From contig MU061178.1 in the NCBI GenBank assembly GCA_013265495.1, forward strand, positions 1,215,681 to 1,279,680: a DNA stretch of 64,000 bases, read 5' to 3'. This DNA is from Vicugna vicugna. Taxonomy: Eukaryota. Positions 1 through 10,805 of the stretch are shown one piece after another. Each line of letters starts with the position of its first letter. Position 1 is the stretch's first letter. Under the pieces are notes generated by a model that made no database searches, was not told the DNA's origin, and saw nothing but the letters and a program-made list of their open reading frames with translations. The translations under genes were made by a program, and so were the position numbers.

Positions 1-59
1 GGGGATTGAACCCAGGACCTCCTGCATGCTAAGCATGTGGTCCACCACTATAACCTCCC
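1..59 (-). mobile_element. Camelid tRNA-Ala-derived SINE (vic-1 type), partial, cut by window edge
   Basis: Reverse complement matches the tRNA-like head seen in the other copies (...GCTTAGCATGCAGGAGGTCCTGGGTTCAATCCCC). Confidence 0.85.
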
Positions 60-616
60 AGCTCTGTCCTCATTTCTAAAATGCAGTTTATGTCCTGATG
101 TGGACAAGAGAAGAGCTCCTGGGGACCCAGCATCATCCGCAGGGCTGTCCCAGGCTGGAGCTTTCACATGAGGGAGGTCAGGGGGACGGGCGGGGCTGGA
201 GGGCAAAGGCAGCCGAGGGAGAAGCAAGGCTGACCCACAGACAAGCGTGCCTGCTTCTCTGAGCTTTAATGAGACAGAAAGGGGTCCAGGGCCTTGATGA
301 GTGGAGATGACAGGGGCTCCAGAGCCACACTGAGCGGAGGAGACAGAGGCCAGGGCTACTCGTAAGGGAACCGGGTGGAGGCCCAGAGCCATTCTGCTGG
401 CACTTCAGTCACCCTGTGATCATCGGCAGCCCGAGACAGCACAGTCCTGGGCCTCTCCTCCTCCTGGGCGCGAGGGAAGACTCCTGAGGACGAGGCCTAG
501 TCTGGTGCTGCTCTGAAGGTGCTTCTGGGGGACCCAGTGGCCCCGTCTTGTCCCTGTCTACTAAGTGTTGGCCCTGAGACACACTTGGAGATGAAAGGGA
601 CACAGACAAGACTCAC

Positions 617-637
617 CTGTTTCCCCAATGCAGGGAA
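617..637 (-). CDS. FCRL6: FCRL6 21-nt S2 signal-peptide mini-exon (V-P-C-I-G-E-T)
   Basis: ttctcttgcAG|TTCCCTGCATTGGGGAAACAG|GTGAGT. Exactly 21 nt, phase 1/1, the hallmark mini-exon of FcR/FCRL genes. Human FCRL6 reads VPCVGKT. Confidence 0.93.
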
Positions 638-839
638 CTGCAAGAGAACAAAGGGATAGAATTAGATTAAGCAGCCGAGAAAGCTTTCTGACAAGGAGGC
701 CCGGCACCTCATACACAGGTGCCAACATCCATTCAATCAATCAGCCACCAGCCCCCTAAGCACCTAATTGTCTAGCCACCCTCTTGCTCAGTCACCAGGC
801 CACCCGACCACCCCGCCACTCAGCTTTTATGGTGGACCT

Positions 840-1135
840 GCTGCCTGGACTCCTTTGCCTTATCTCAGTTCAAATGTCTTCTTCTTAGGTCTTGCTGGGA
901 CCCCTGAATCAAAAGAATTCTCCATCACTCTCACAGTGCCCTCTTGTATCACCATCACAACTCTTCGCACTGTTTGAAATGATTTTATTCATTCAATCGC
1001 CTCCTTGCCATCACCTGTCTCCCTCTATCTGGACTGTCAGCTCCATGAGAGCAGGTACGCTGCCTGTCTTGTTCACTGCCATGTCACCTGCGCCTGGACC
1101 CTGGTCCGTGTTCGAAGAGCACATGTTGAGTGAAA
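840..1135 (+). mobile_element. L2 LINE 3' fragment
   Basis: Contains ctccatgagagcagg...ctgtcttgttcactgccatgtcacc, the L2 3' end pattern. Boundaries approximate. Confidence 0.7.
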
Positions 1136-1988
1136 GCATGGCTGCTTTCCTTCGTGCCCACTCCTGTGGGGCAGGGAACTAAATGCAGCAGATGTACGAC
1201 TAGACCATTGTGCTCAAGTGCCTGAGGGTCCTAATTACACCTACAGAGGAACGCAGAGAGCAAAGGCGGGACCTGAGTCCTGGGGCCCCATCTGGCCACA
1301 GAGCTCTGGGGAACAAAGTACAGAAGTGATCGGGGGAAGGAGGTGAGTTTTCCTGGGAGGAATAATCATCACAGGGCTGTAGGACATGGACAGGTAGCTG
1401 GGATGGGTGGGGGAACAATAAACAGGCACTGTGCCATGCCCTGTGTGTGCTGCGCTGGTGCTTTTAGACGAATGAATGTTGGAGCCGACTAGGTGAGAGA
1501 GGCCAAGCCAAGAAAGGATGAGCGATGAGGTGAGACAGGTGTGAACAGCTCAAGGGACGGAGGACCCTAAACCCAGGGGCCCAGGTGTATTTAACGGCAT
1601 GGAGAATATTCTGGACTTTGAGGCAAGGGGTGAAACAATGGACGGTGTAGGGTTGAGTGCATTCACTTGTGTCCTTCATTGCTGACGTGGCCTGGGTGCC
1701 AGGCAGAGCCCTGAGAGACCCAAGAATGGCCTTGGGCGGGGAGGTGGGAGGAGACCCCTCAGCAGACGTACGGCACGCGCGTTCACAGGCTGTCCTCCTT
1801 GCCGTCCACGCTCCCTGGGGCAGACGGAGGCTTTTCAGCCTCACTCCGTACCTACTCAGCTCAGGGCGAGCTCAGCTGCAAGTTCTCTGCGTGTGCAGAG
1901 TTATGAGTCTCCTTCCTACCATCCCGCATCCCCCCCACCTCCACACCTAAACACGCCTTCCGGGAGCTTGGAGTAGTAGAGCATGCGG

Positions 1989-4505
1989 GCTTTGGAACCA
2001 GAGGACCTGGCCTGGACTCGTGAGTCTGTCTCTTTCTGTGTGACCTTGGGCAAGTGGTTTAAAGCTCAAGAGCCTCCATTTCCTGGTTCTGTCTGTCTGA
2101 TGGAAATAGTAATAGTCACTCTCCCCTTGCAGAGCAGTCACGTGGATCACACTGACCCACCGCCTGGGGAAGCGGGCACGACGTTAACCGAAAGCAGCAA
2201 GAAAACCTGACCTCAGGGTGACTGAGACCTCACTGGGCAGTGATGCCACTCCGTCCTTTCCCGTCTCCATCGGAAAACGATTTTGCAGCTACAAAGTGAC
2301 GAACAGACAGAGCTGAGGGCCCTGAAGCCTGTAACAGGAGAGAAGGCATCCAGAGAGCAACAGACACTTCAGATGAGCGTGTGTCTCCAGATCCCCACGA
2401 CTGGTTGCCCCGGGGCACTGCCAGATCTTGGGGCTGTCATTGCAGAAACACTGTCTGTAACAAGACAGCCACCAACTGGGGACGCACAGAGTGGGTGGCA
2501 CCTGCTTACAGTTGTTCCTATGAGGACCCGGGGGCCTCAGTGAGCTACAGGCTGAAGATGAGGTGACAGTGTGACAGGAAGCTGAGAGTGATTGTCAGGC
2601 TAAGTTGCACCACAGGGTCCCCGACAGTGGAGGCGGCAGCCCCACTGACCCTGCTCTCGGCAGGCAGGCCACGAGGGGAGGGAGGAGAAGACCCAGCTCC
2701 TGGCCCAGCGACCAAGCACATCAAGGCCAAGCAGACCAGGACAATGAACAGGGTCGAGAAACCGTTTCCTGTCAGAGGGACTGGGTGACACTTATTGGAG
2801 AAAGATGAGACAGCGTAGGGGTTACATAGTGGCCTTCAAATATTTGGTAGGGGAGGGACAGTTACTTCATAGGGCAGAAGAGGAACTAATTCATGGAAAT
2901 GAGAGCAGAGAGGCAGGTTTCAGCTCCGCGTGAGGGAGGATCTTACAGTCGGGCTCTGCCACACTGGAACATTCTGCTTTGCCAAGCAGTGGCTGCCATG
3001 CAGCTGGGGGGTTGCGTATTGTGGACCTTGTGCATGTACGTGAGGGTGGCCGTCAGTGCTGGAAGTGATGCTGGCCAACGCACAGCTCAGGAGAAGATAA
3101 AGGTTCATCTCCTAAACTTCAAATATTTGGGGAGGGTATAGCTCAGTGGCAGAGTGCATGCCTAGCATGCATGAGGTCCTGGGTTCAATCCCCAGTACCT
3201 CTACTAAAATAAATAAATAAACCTAATTACCTCTTCCCGAGACAAATAAAAAATCCCCCCCAACAAATTTAAAAAAAGGTGAAAAACAAAATAAATATGT
3301 CTTTAGTGTAGAGTCATGCACTGATACCCAATACTTGTAATGGACACCATTTATTATGTGACCATGCCGCGGCAGGCACTTTAAATACATTTTATTTTCT
3401 AGTTTTACCTGATTAGAATCCAACCGCATCCAGACAAGAGGTAGTGAAGTACACTGGAGAAAGCATCGGGGTTTGGCCTCAGATGGACTTGGGCCTGCAT
3501 CCCTCTTTTGCTGTTGCTAGCAGGGTAGTTGTAAGCAAATTTCTTAACGTTTTTGACCTGTTTCCTCAATTGTTTAATAGGGATAAAAAATATATCTGCC
3601 TTATAACATCCTGAAAGTTAGATGAGATCATGTATGTAGTACAGGGTAGGCATTCAGGGTTTTGTTCTTTTTTTCTCTGTCTCTCTGGCCACATCTGAGG
3701 AAAACTAGCACCCGAGAGGAAACAGAGCTCTGTCCTTACGGTAACTCCGTTCCTTCACATTCAGCCAAATCTTAGGCTGGCTTTCCGGGGTCCTGAGCAT
3801 CAAGTGTGACGCAGTCAGGCCTGGGTTCTCCATACACTGTCCACTCGTCAGCCAGTCACAGACTCTCCCTCCTTCTCCCCTCTCTCCTGTCCAGATCCTG
3901 GGTTACACGCTGGGAAGCTCTTAGACTTGATCTGGTCGAGTCCAAGGGCAATTCCTTTCACCAGGTAGTGATTTGCGCTTGGGACGCTCCCCTCCGGAGT
4001 ACGCGCAGGCGCGCGGCCATCCCGTGCCCGCCCTCACTGCGAGCATTGACCTCCGCACTTGTCCAGGCGGCCATTCATAGAACACACAGGGCACACGGAG
4101 ACGTCGGGGAAGGAAGAGCCCTGAGCGGGAACAGGTGTTTTCTGTCCCAGGGCTAAATTCCCACAACCTCTGTCCAGGAAGAGAGTGTATTTAAGAATGG
4201 TTTTGCTTTTGGTTCAGTGAAAACAAACGACTGGGATCAAGTTTAAAACAAAAAGTAAGTCAACTCAGAAACCGTCAAGTGAAGAGAAATAAATGCCCAG
4301 ACTTGTTTCTTTCAGGTGTAGCTGGGGACAGCGGCTGAGACTGAGCTGAGTCTGGGGGAGACCAGTAACCCACCCGCCGCAACAACCCTCTGCCTGCAGA
4401 CCAGTCCCTTCAGTCACGGGCTCGGGTGACTGGCCCCGGGGTTAGTGGATCAAGGAGAGAGATATGAATTCAGAAGAATCGCTTTGATCCTGCAAATCGC
4501 TCCCA
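1989..4505. repeat. Tandem duplication unit, copy 1 (2517 bp), in FCRL6 intron 1
   Basis: Near-identical to 4507-7017. Duplicated ORF-track entries are offset by 2518 then 2512. Confidence 0.97.
3129..3277 (+). mobile_element. Camelid vic-1-type SINE (inside duplication copy 1)
   Basis: GGGGAGGGTATAGCTCAGTGGCAGAG A-box, GGTTCAATCCC B-box, (TAAA)n-CCTAATTACC body and A tail. Confidence 0.92.
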
Positions 4506-4506
4506 A

Positions 4507-7017
4507 GCTTTGGAACCAGAGGACCTGGACTGGACCCGTGAGTCTGTCTCTTTCTGTGTGACCTTGGGCAAGTGGTTTAAAGCTCAAGAGCCTCCATTTC
4601 CTGGTTCTGTCTGTCTGATGGAAACAGTAATAGTCACTCTCCCCTTGCAGAGCAGTCACGTGGATCACACTGACCCACCGCCTGGGGAAGCGGGCACGAC
4701 GTTAACCGAAAGCAGCAAGAAAACCTGACCTCAGGGTGGCTGAGACCTCACTGGGCAGTGATGCCACTCCGTCCTTTCCCGTCTCCATCGGAAAACGATT
4801 TTGCAGCTACAAAGTGACGAACAGACAGAGCTGAGGGCCCTGAAGCCTGTAACAGGAGAGAAGGCATCCAGAGAGCAACAGACACTTCAGATGAGCGTGT
4901 GTCTCCAGATCCCCACGACTGGTTGCCCCGGGGCACTGCCAGATCTTGGGGCTGTCATTGCAGAAACACTGTCTGTAACAAGACAGCCACCAACTGGGGA
5001 CGCACAGAGTGGGTGGCACCTGCTTACAGTTGTTCCTATGAGGACCCGGGGGCCTCAGTGAGCTACAGGCTGAAGATGAGGTGACAGTGTGACAGGAAGC
5101 TGAGAGTGATTGTCAGGCTAAGTTGCACCACAGGGTCCCCGACAGTGGAGGCGGCAGCCCCACTGACCCTGCTCTCGGCAGGCAGGCCACGAGGGGAGGG
5201 AGGAGAAGACCCAGCTCCTGGCCCAGCGACCAAGCACATCAAGGCCAAGCAGACCAGGACAATGAACAGGGTCGAGAAACCGTTTCCTGTCAGAGGGACT
5301 GGGTGACACTTATTGGAGAAAGATGAGACAGCGTAGGGGTTACATAGTGGCCTTCAAATATTTGGTAGGGGAGGGACAGTTACTTCATAGGGCAGAAGAG
5401 GAACTAATTCATGGAAATGAGAGCAGAGAGGCAGGTTTCAGCTCCGCGTGAGGGAGGATCTTACAGTCGGGCTCTGCCACACTGGAACATTCTGCTTTGC
5501 CAAGCAGTGGCTGCCATGCAGCTGGGGGGTTGCGTATTGTGGACCTTGTGCATGTACGTGAGGGTGGCCGTCAGTGCTGGAAGTGATGCTGGCCAACGCA
5601 CAGCTCAGGAGAAGATAAAGGTTCATCTCCTAAACTTCAAATATTTGGGGAGGGTATAGCTCAGTGGCAGAGTGCATGCCTAGCATGCATGAGGTCCTGG
5701 GTTCAATCCCCAGTACCTCTACTAAAATAAATAAATAAACCTAATTACCTCTTCCCGAGACAAATAAAAAATCCCCCCCAACAAATTTAAAAATGAAAAA
5801 AAGAAACAAAATAAATATGTCTTTAGTGTAGAGTCATGCACTGATACCCAATACTTGTAATGGACACCATTTATTATGTGACCATGCCGCGGCAGGCACT
5901 TTAAATACATTTTATTTCCTAGTTTTACCTGATTAGAATCCAACCGCATCCAGACAAGAGGTACACTGGAGAAAGCATCGGGGTTTGGCCTCAGATGGAC
6001 TTGGGCCTGCATCCCTCTTTTGCTGTTGCTAGCAGGGTAGTTGTAAGCAAATTTCTTAACGTTTTTGACCTGTTTCCTCAATTGTTTAATAGGGATAAAA
6101 AATATATCTGCTTTATAACATCCTGAAAGTTAGATGAGATCATGTATGTAGTACAGGGTAGGCATTCAGGGTTTTGTTCTTTTTTTCTTTGTCTCTCTGG
6201 CCACATCTGAGGAAAACTAGCACCCGAGAGGAAATGGAGCTCTGTCCTTACGATAACTCCGTTCCTTCACATTCAGCCAAATCTTAGGCTGGCTTTCCGG
6301 GGTCCTGAGCATCAAGTGTGACGCAGTCAGGCCTGGGTTCTCCATACACTGTCCACTCGTCAGCCAGTCACAGACTCTCCCTCCTTCTCCCCTCTCTCCT
6401 GTCCAGATCCTGGGTTACACGCTGGGAAGCTCTTAGACTTGATCTGGTCGAGTCCAAGGGCAATTCCTTTCACCAGGTAGTGATTTGCGCTTGGGACGCT
6501 CCCCTCCGGAGTACGCGCAGGCGCGCGGCCATCCCGTGCCCGCCCTCACTGCGAGCATTGACCTCCGCACTTGTCCAGGCGGCCATTCATAGAACACACA
6601 GGGCACACGGAGACGTCGGGGAAGGAAGAGCCCTGAGCGGGAACAGGTGTTTTCTGTCCCAGGGCTAAATTCCCACAACCTCTGTCCAGGAAGAGAGTGT
6701 ATTTAAGAATGGTTTTGCTTTTGGTTCAGTGAAAACAAACGACTGGGATCAAGTTTAAAACAAAAAGTAAGTCAACTCAGAAACCGTCAAGTGAAGAGAA
6801 ATAAATGCCCAGACTTGTTTCTTTCAGGTGTAGCTGGGGACAGCGGCTGAGACTGAGCTGAGTCTGGGGGAGACCAGTAACCCACCCGCCGCAACAACCC
6901 TCTGCCTGCAGACCAGTCCCTTCAGTCACGGGCTCGGGTGACTGGCCCCGGGGTTAGTGGATCAAGGAGAGAGATATGAATTCAGAAGAATCGCTTTGAT
7001 CCTGCAAATCGCTCCCA
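4507..7017. repeat. Tandem duplication unit, copy 2 (2511 bp)
   Basis: Junction ...gctccca-a-gctttggaacc at 4505-4507. The unduplicated flank resumes at 7018 (gctccca|tggacag). Confidence 0.97.
5647..5802 (+). mobile_element. Camelid vic-1-type SINE (inside duplication copy 2)
   Basis: Head and body identical to 3129-3277; only the A-rich tail differs. Confidence 0.92.
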
Positions 7018-7654
7018 TGGACAGTCAGACCTGAAACAGACACCCTCCACCCCCTCCAACCAGAGAGAAGGTGCAGGCAAAAGAGGAAAGGTCAGTTTGA
7101 AGAGGGCTTTGGACACTCAGAGCATAAACCTCTTGATCAAGTGAGAAGCCCAGTAATTGCTGGCTGGTTCTAAGAAAAAGTCGAGGCTTCATGAAAATTA
7201 TCTCCTAAAACCCCTTGCTCACCTTGCTGAGCGAAATGCGGGGAACTTCTTTTTTCCCTAGTCCCCTGATCTGTCCTCTGACACCCCCAGCAGCCTCCTT
7301 TCCTTCTGCAATTCCGTTCTCTTTCTGAGATAGCCCTAATGGCTATTTTAACCCGGTTTTACAGGGTAAAAATGTCACTGGGCCTCCGAATGTGATTTTC
7401 TGCCTCCCTAAATTAGCTCTGATACATCGAAGGGTTGTCCTTCGAAGGACCCAGGAAAATGGAATAGGAAACGGTGGGCCTCCCCCACGCCCCCATCCCC
7501 ATCACTCTCAGGCAGGCCCACGTGCACACCCTTGTCTCAAACTCCAGCCATCAACCCACTTGAACTGGGAAAGGTGAAATCAGGAACTTGGTGTCTCAGG
7601 AGCGACTTACAGTCTTTGGTGCCCAGGAGGGGATGCTCGCGCTTGGTGACTTAC

Positions 7655-7685
7655 CCAAGAGCAGCACAGCCGTCCAGAGCAGCAT
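7655..7685 (-). CDS. FCRL6: FCRL6 signal-peptide exon S1 (MLLWTAVLLL); exon extends to 7690 when spliced from the upstream exon
   Basis: ATGCTGCTCTGGACGGCTGTGCTGCTCTTGG|GTAAGT, 31 nt, phase 1. Human FCRL6 begins MLLWTAVLLF. Expected synteny downstream of DUSP23. Confidence 0.95.
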
Positions 7686-8289
7686 GGGGCCTGGTCTGGC
7701 GCCGAGGGAACACAGGACAGACTGACTGAAGGCAGGGGCGAGGCTGGCAGGGGGAGCACGTGGGCCACAGGGTGACCCCTTCTGAGGCGGATGGTGTTAT
7801 TGCTTGAAAATCTAAGTACAGGAAGTGGGGAAGAGGAAACTTTTAAAGCACAAATTGATGTTTCTTCTTTGGTAGAAGGGCTGTTACACGAATGAATTTT
7901 CTTGACCATGAAGCATATAAGAGTCAGGAAAATCACTAGCTAGCCCTTTTGGACTCTCTTCCTGGGGTTTGAAAAAGCTCAAGCTAGGAACTACGATGGG
8001 ACATGGCTCCAGAAAGATCCAGAGACTGCCAGAAGTCGCTTGGTCCCAGCATCACTAAGTCTGGAAGGTGGCATAGCCCTGGAAACATTAAGATCTTTCG
8101 TCCCCACCCTAAGTGACCTCCAGTTCCCCAAGGTGTCTTCTTCAAGGACAGGCAGAGAAGCAGAATCCTGAAAAATAGTCCACCAGACCGTCAGTTCAGG
8201 AGAGAATCAGGGATTGATGGGGATGGAGTAGAATGGGGCTGGAGGTTCTGAATCAGAGGCTTTAAGACTCTCAGGTTACTATTTTGAGA

Positions 8290-8835
8290 AGAATTCTTCA
8301 TTGGAAGATGCCATGAAGAGAGTGACCAGGCAAGCCACAGGGTGACGAGATATTTTCAATACATACGCCTGACTGAGGACTCCTGTCTGAAACACAAGAA
8401 CTTCTACAAGTCAATAAGAAGACAGACACCCCACTAGAAAAATGGGCAATACTTTGGATAAGTACTTTATAAAATCAGATATCCAAGTGCCCAAAAAGCA
8501 CAGGATAAGGAACGCGACTTCATTAATCACTGTGGAAATGCAAATTCAAACTGCAATGACATCCCCCGTAAGAATGGCCCAAACTATAGACGACCAAGTG
8601 CTGGGGAGGATGCGAAGTGGCAGGACTCTTGTGCACTTCTAGAGGGAATATAAATCTGTACATCCACTTTGGAAAACAGTGTGGCAGCATCTAAAACTGA
8701 ACATATGGCTGTCTGACGACCCACATTTTCACTCCTAGACATACGCATGTGTGGACACCAAAAGGCATGTTCAAGAATGTTCGTAGCAGCCTCACTCATA
8801 ACAGATAAAAACTGGAAACTACTGGTCTCTCAACA
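8290..8835 (+). mobile_element. Old L1 (L1M-type) ORF2 3' fragment
   Basis: Degenerate L1 ORF2 motifs (gaaatgcaaattcaaactgcaatga; catccactttggaaaacagtgtggcag). Confidence 0.85.
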
Positions 8836-9267
8836 GAGAAGGACCCACCCCCACACAGCCCATATCCTTTGAGGACCAAATAGCTGAGTTTAAAATGAAG
8901 CACAGAGAGTTGAGTAAAGTATCAGGGAGCAGTAAGGTTTTCCCCTGGAAGCCTTTGGGTAGAAGTTTCACATAGTCTGGAAAGAATCCGATGTGCTTAT
9001 ATTGAAGGCAGGAATGGAGAGGGTGAATTTTCTAAGTTTTCTGGCGTGAGATTCTCTGAGTCCATGGACATGGGAAACGAATCTGGCGCTGACTGGTTTG
9101 CCCTCGGGACCTTCTTGTCTGGAGTACACGCATTATAACCTGAGAGTCTTAGAGCCTCAGATTCAGAACCTCCAGCCGCATTCTCAATTCTTTTGAGACT
9201 CAGTTGATTGGGAGAGAGGTTAAAGCAGCGAGGAAGTAAAGCAGGAATTGATACCTTGCTGGCTCAC

Positions 9268-9283
9268 CCCAAGATGGTAACAT
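9268..9283 (-). CDS. FCRL6: FCRL6 alternative upstream first exon, coding part (MLPSW-G)
   Basis: ATGTTACCATCTTGGG|GTGAGC splices in frame to ccAG|GCCCCATG at 7690, giving MLPSWGPMLLWTAVLLL. The human long isoform reads MLPSLGPMLLW (from memory). Confidence 0.8.
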
Positions 9284-9820
9284 TTATACCTTTCCTCTGT
9301 TGTTCTTCTCCCAACAGATCTCTCAATTTGAGTTGTCTCTGTTCAGCTGCAGGTCTCCAGGGTGAGGTGACAGCCCTGCAGATCTCCAGCTAAGGTAGGA
9401 GACAGGTGTGACCACAAATGGTCTAGCTTGCAAGCGCTGGAGGTGCTTTGCGGGCAGAATGGTTGAAGCCTCGGCCTCTCGCTGCTCTCATCGGGTTCCA
9501 GCAGCATGAGTGTGTGAACCCTCCCTGACCTCTCACTTCACCCCTGCAGAGTGAGACTTGTTGCACCTTCAGAGGTGTTAGTGAAACTGGCTCTCAGAGC
9601 TGAACTGGCTGCACACTGCTACTCGGGGATGGTCACTCAAGGGAAGAAGGGCTGCTGCCCGGGTCAGGGTTCTTCCTGGACCCAGGCTGACCTTGAATCA
9701 AGACTGGGATGGGCTAGGGGTGGATCAAAGCCCATACTACTATTCCTCTGAGGGAGTGAGGGGCTAAAAGGAGGCAGGGAGGATAATAGGGTGGGATTCT
9801 CATCCAAAAGGGCTTGATAC

Positions 9821-10166
9821 NNNNNNNNNNNNNNNNNNNNNNNNNNNNNNNNNNNNNNNNNNNNNNNNNNNNNNNNNNNNNNNNNNNNNNNNNNNNNNNN
9901 NNNNNNNNNNNNNNNNNNNNNNNNNNNNNNNNNNNNNNNNNNNNNNNNNNNNNNNNNNNNNNNNNNNNNNNNNNNNNNNNNNNNNNNNNNNNNNNNNNNN
10001 NNNNNNNNNNNNNNNNNNNNNNNNNNNNNNNNNNNNNNNNNNNNNNNNNNNNNNNNNNNNNNNNNNNNNNNNNNNNNNNNNNNNNNNNNNNNNNNNNNNN
10101 NNNNNNNNNNNNNNNNNNNNNNNNNNNNNNNNNNNNNNNNNNNNNNNNNNNNNNNNNNNNNNNNNN
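9821..10166. other. Assembly gap (346 N)
   Basis: Run of n. Confidence 1.
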
Positions 10167-10270
10167 ACATTTTCAAATCTCCAGCTCCCAATTTATCCCT
10201 CACCCCACCCCCCCACAACCATAAGTTTGTGTACCATGTCTGTGAGTCTATTTCTGTTTTGTAGATGCGT
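10167..10270 (-). mobile_element. Cetartiodactyl-type L1 3' UTR fragment running into the gap
   Basis: caatttatccc...caaccataagtttgt...gtctgtgagtctatttctgttttgta is the antisense of the L1 3' UTR also seen at 54073-54666. Confidence 0.8.
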
Positions 10271-10444
10271 GCATTAGCCCTCATTACTCAGGGTCAGCTG
10301 GCAGGAGAGCATCTGTGGGGGACAATGGCTTCTGGGGGTGGGAAGATTCAGGGCCACTCCTAGGAGGTAAGAGGGGAGAGCAGCGTAGCTGGGGCTTGGG
10401 GGCAACTTTGGGCATGGAGACATGGTGTGCCCCAGAGCCCACTC

Positions 10445-10610
10445 ACCCGAGCTTAAATCCTTGTTCTGGATAATAATCTGCTGAGATCTTGGTGAAGTTT
10501 CTAACCTCTCTGCACCTCAGGGTCCTTATCTCGAAAGTGGATAAACGATTGCACTTGCATTACTGGTTGTTAGGAAGGTTACAGGAGATAACGTGGGAAA
10601 CGCTCAGACA
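10445..10610 (+). mobile_element. MIR SINE
   Basis: aagtttctaacctctctgcacctcag...ggttgttaggaaggttacaggagataacg, MIR core pattern. Confidence 0.7.
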
Positions 10611-10624
10611 GCGCCATCTAGTGG
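10611..10624 (-). promoter_or_regulatory. CTCF consensus site, reverse orientation
   Basis: Minus strand CCACTAGATGGCGC is a full match to CCASYAGRKGGCRS. Confidence 0.7.
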
Positions 10625-10805
10625 AGCTTTCTGTGATGATGGAGATGTTCTCTGGGCTGTCCAGTTCAGTAGTTGTGAGCCACATGGAGCTACCTGTGGT
10701 TGGCTAGTGATACCGAGGAACTGAAATCTTAATTGTTTTTAATTTTACTGAATTTAAATTTAACTAGCTGCAGGTGGCTAGTGGCTACCATGGCAAATAC
10801 TGCAG
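10625..10805. mobile_element. MER3-like hAT-Charlie MITE
   Basis: ctttctgtgatgatggagatgttct...gaggaactgaaat...gtggctagtggctacc. Confidence 0.8.

Noticed and set aside
48-392. Minus-strand ORF with superficial Ig-domain-like words
   Set aside because: Lies only ~230 bp after the FCRL6 mini-exon, lacks Ig Cys/Trp spacing and a convincing acceptor; the first Ig exon should lie beyond the window's left edge.
2283-2730. ORFs in the duplicated unit considered as SLAMF8/FCRL6 exons or a retrocopy
   Set aside because: Only 3-5 residue coincidences, with no consistent frame or splice sites.
3129-3200. tRNA-Ala-like sequences here and at 1, 5647, 17039, 22799, 24109, 26600, 45996 and 59671
   Set aside because: Each is followed by the shared SINE body and A-tail, most have TSDs, and the copies are diverged: SINEs, not tRNA genes.
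9664-10284. ORFs spanning the N gap (also 9814-10224 and 36879-37193)
   Set aside because: Artefacts of translating N runs.
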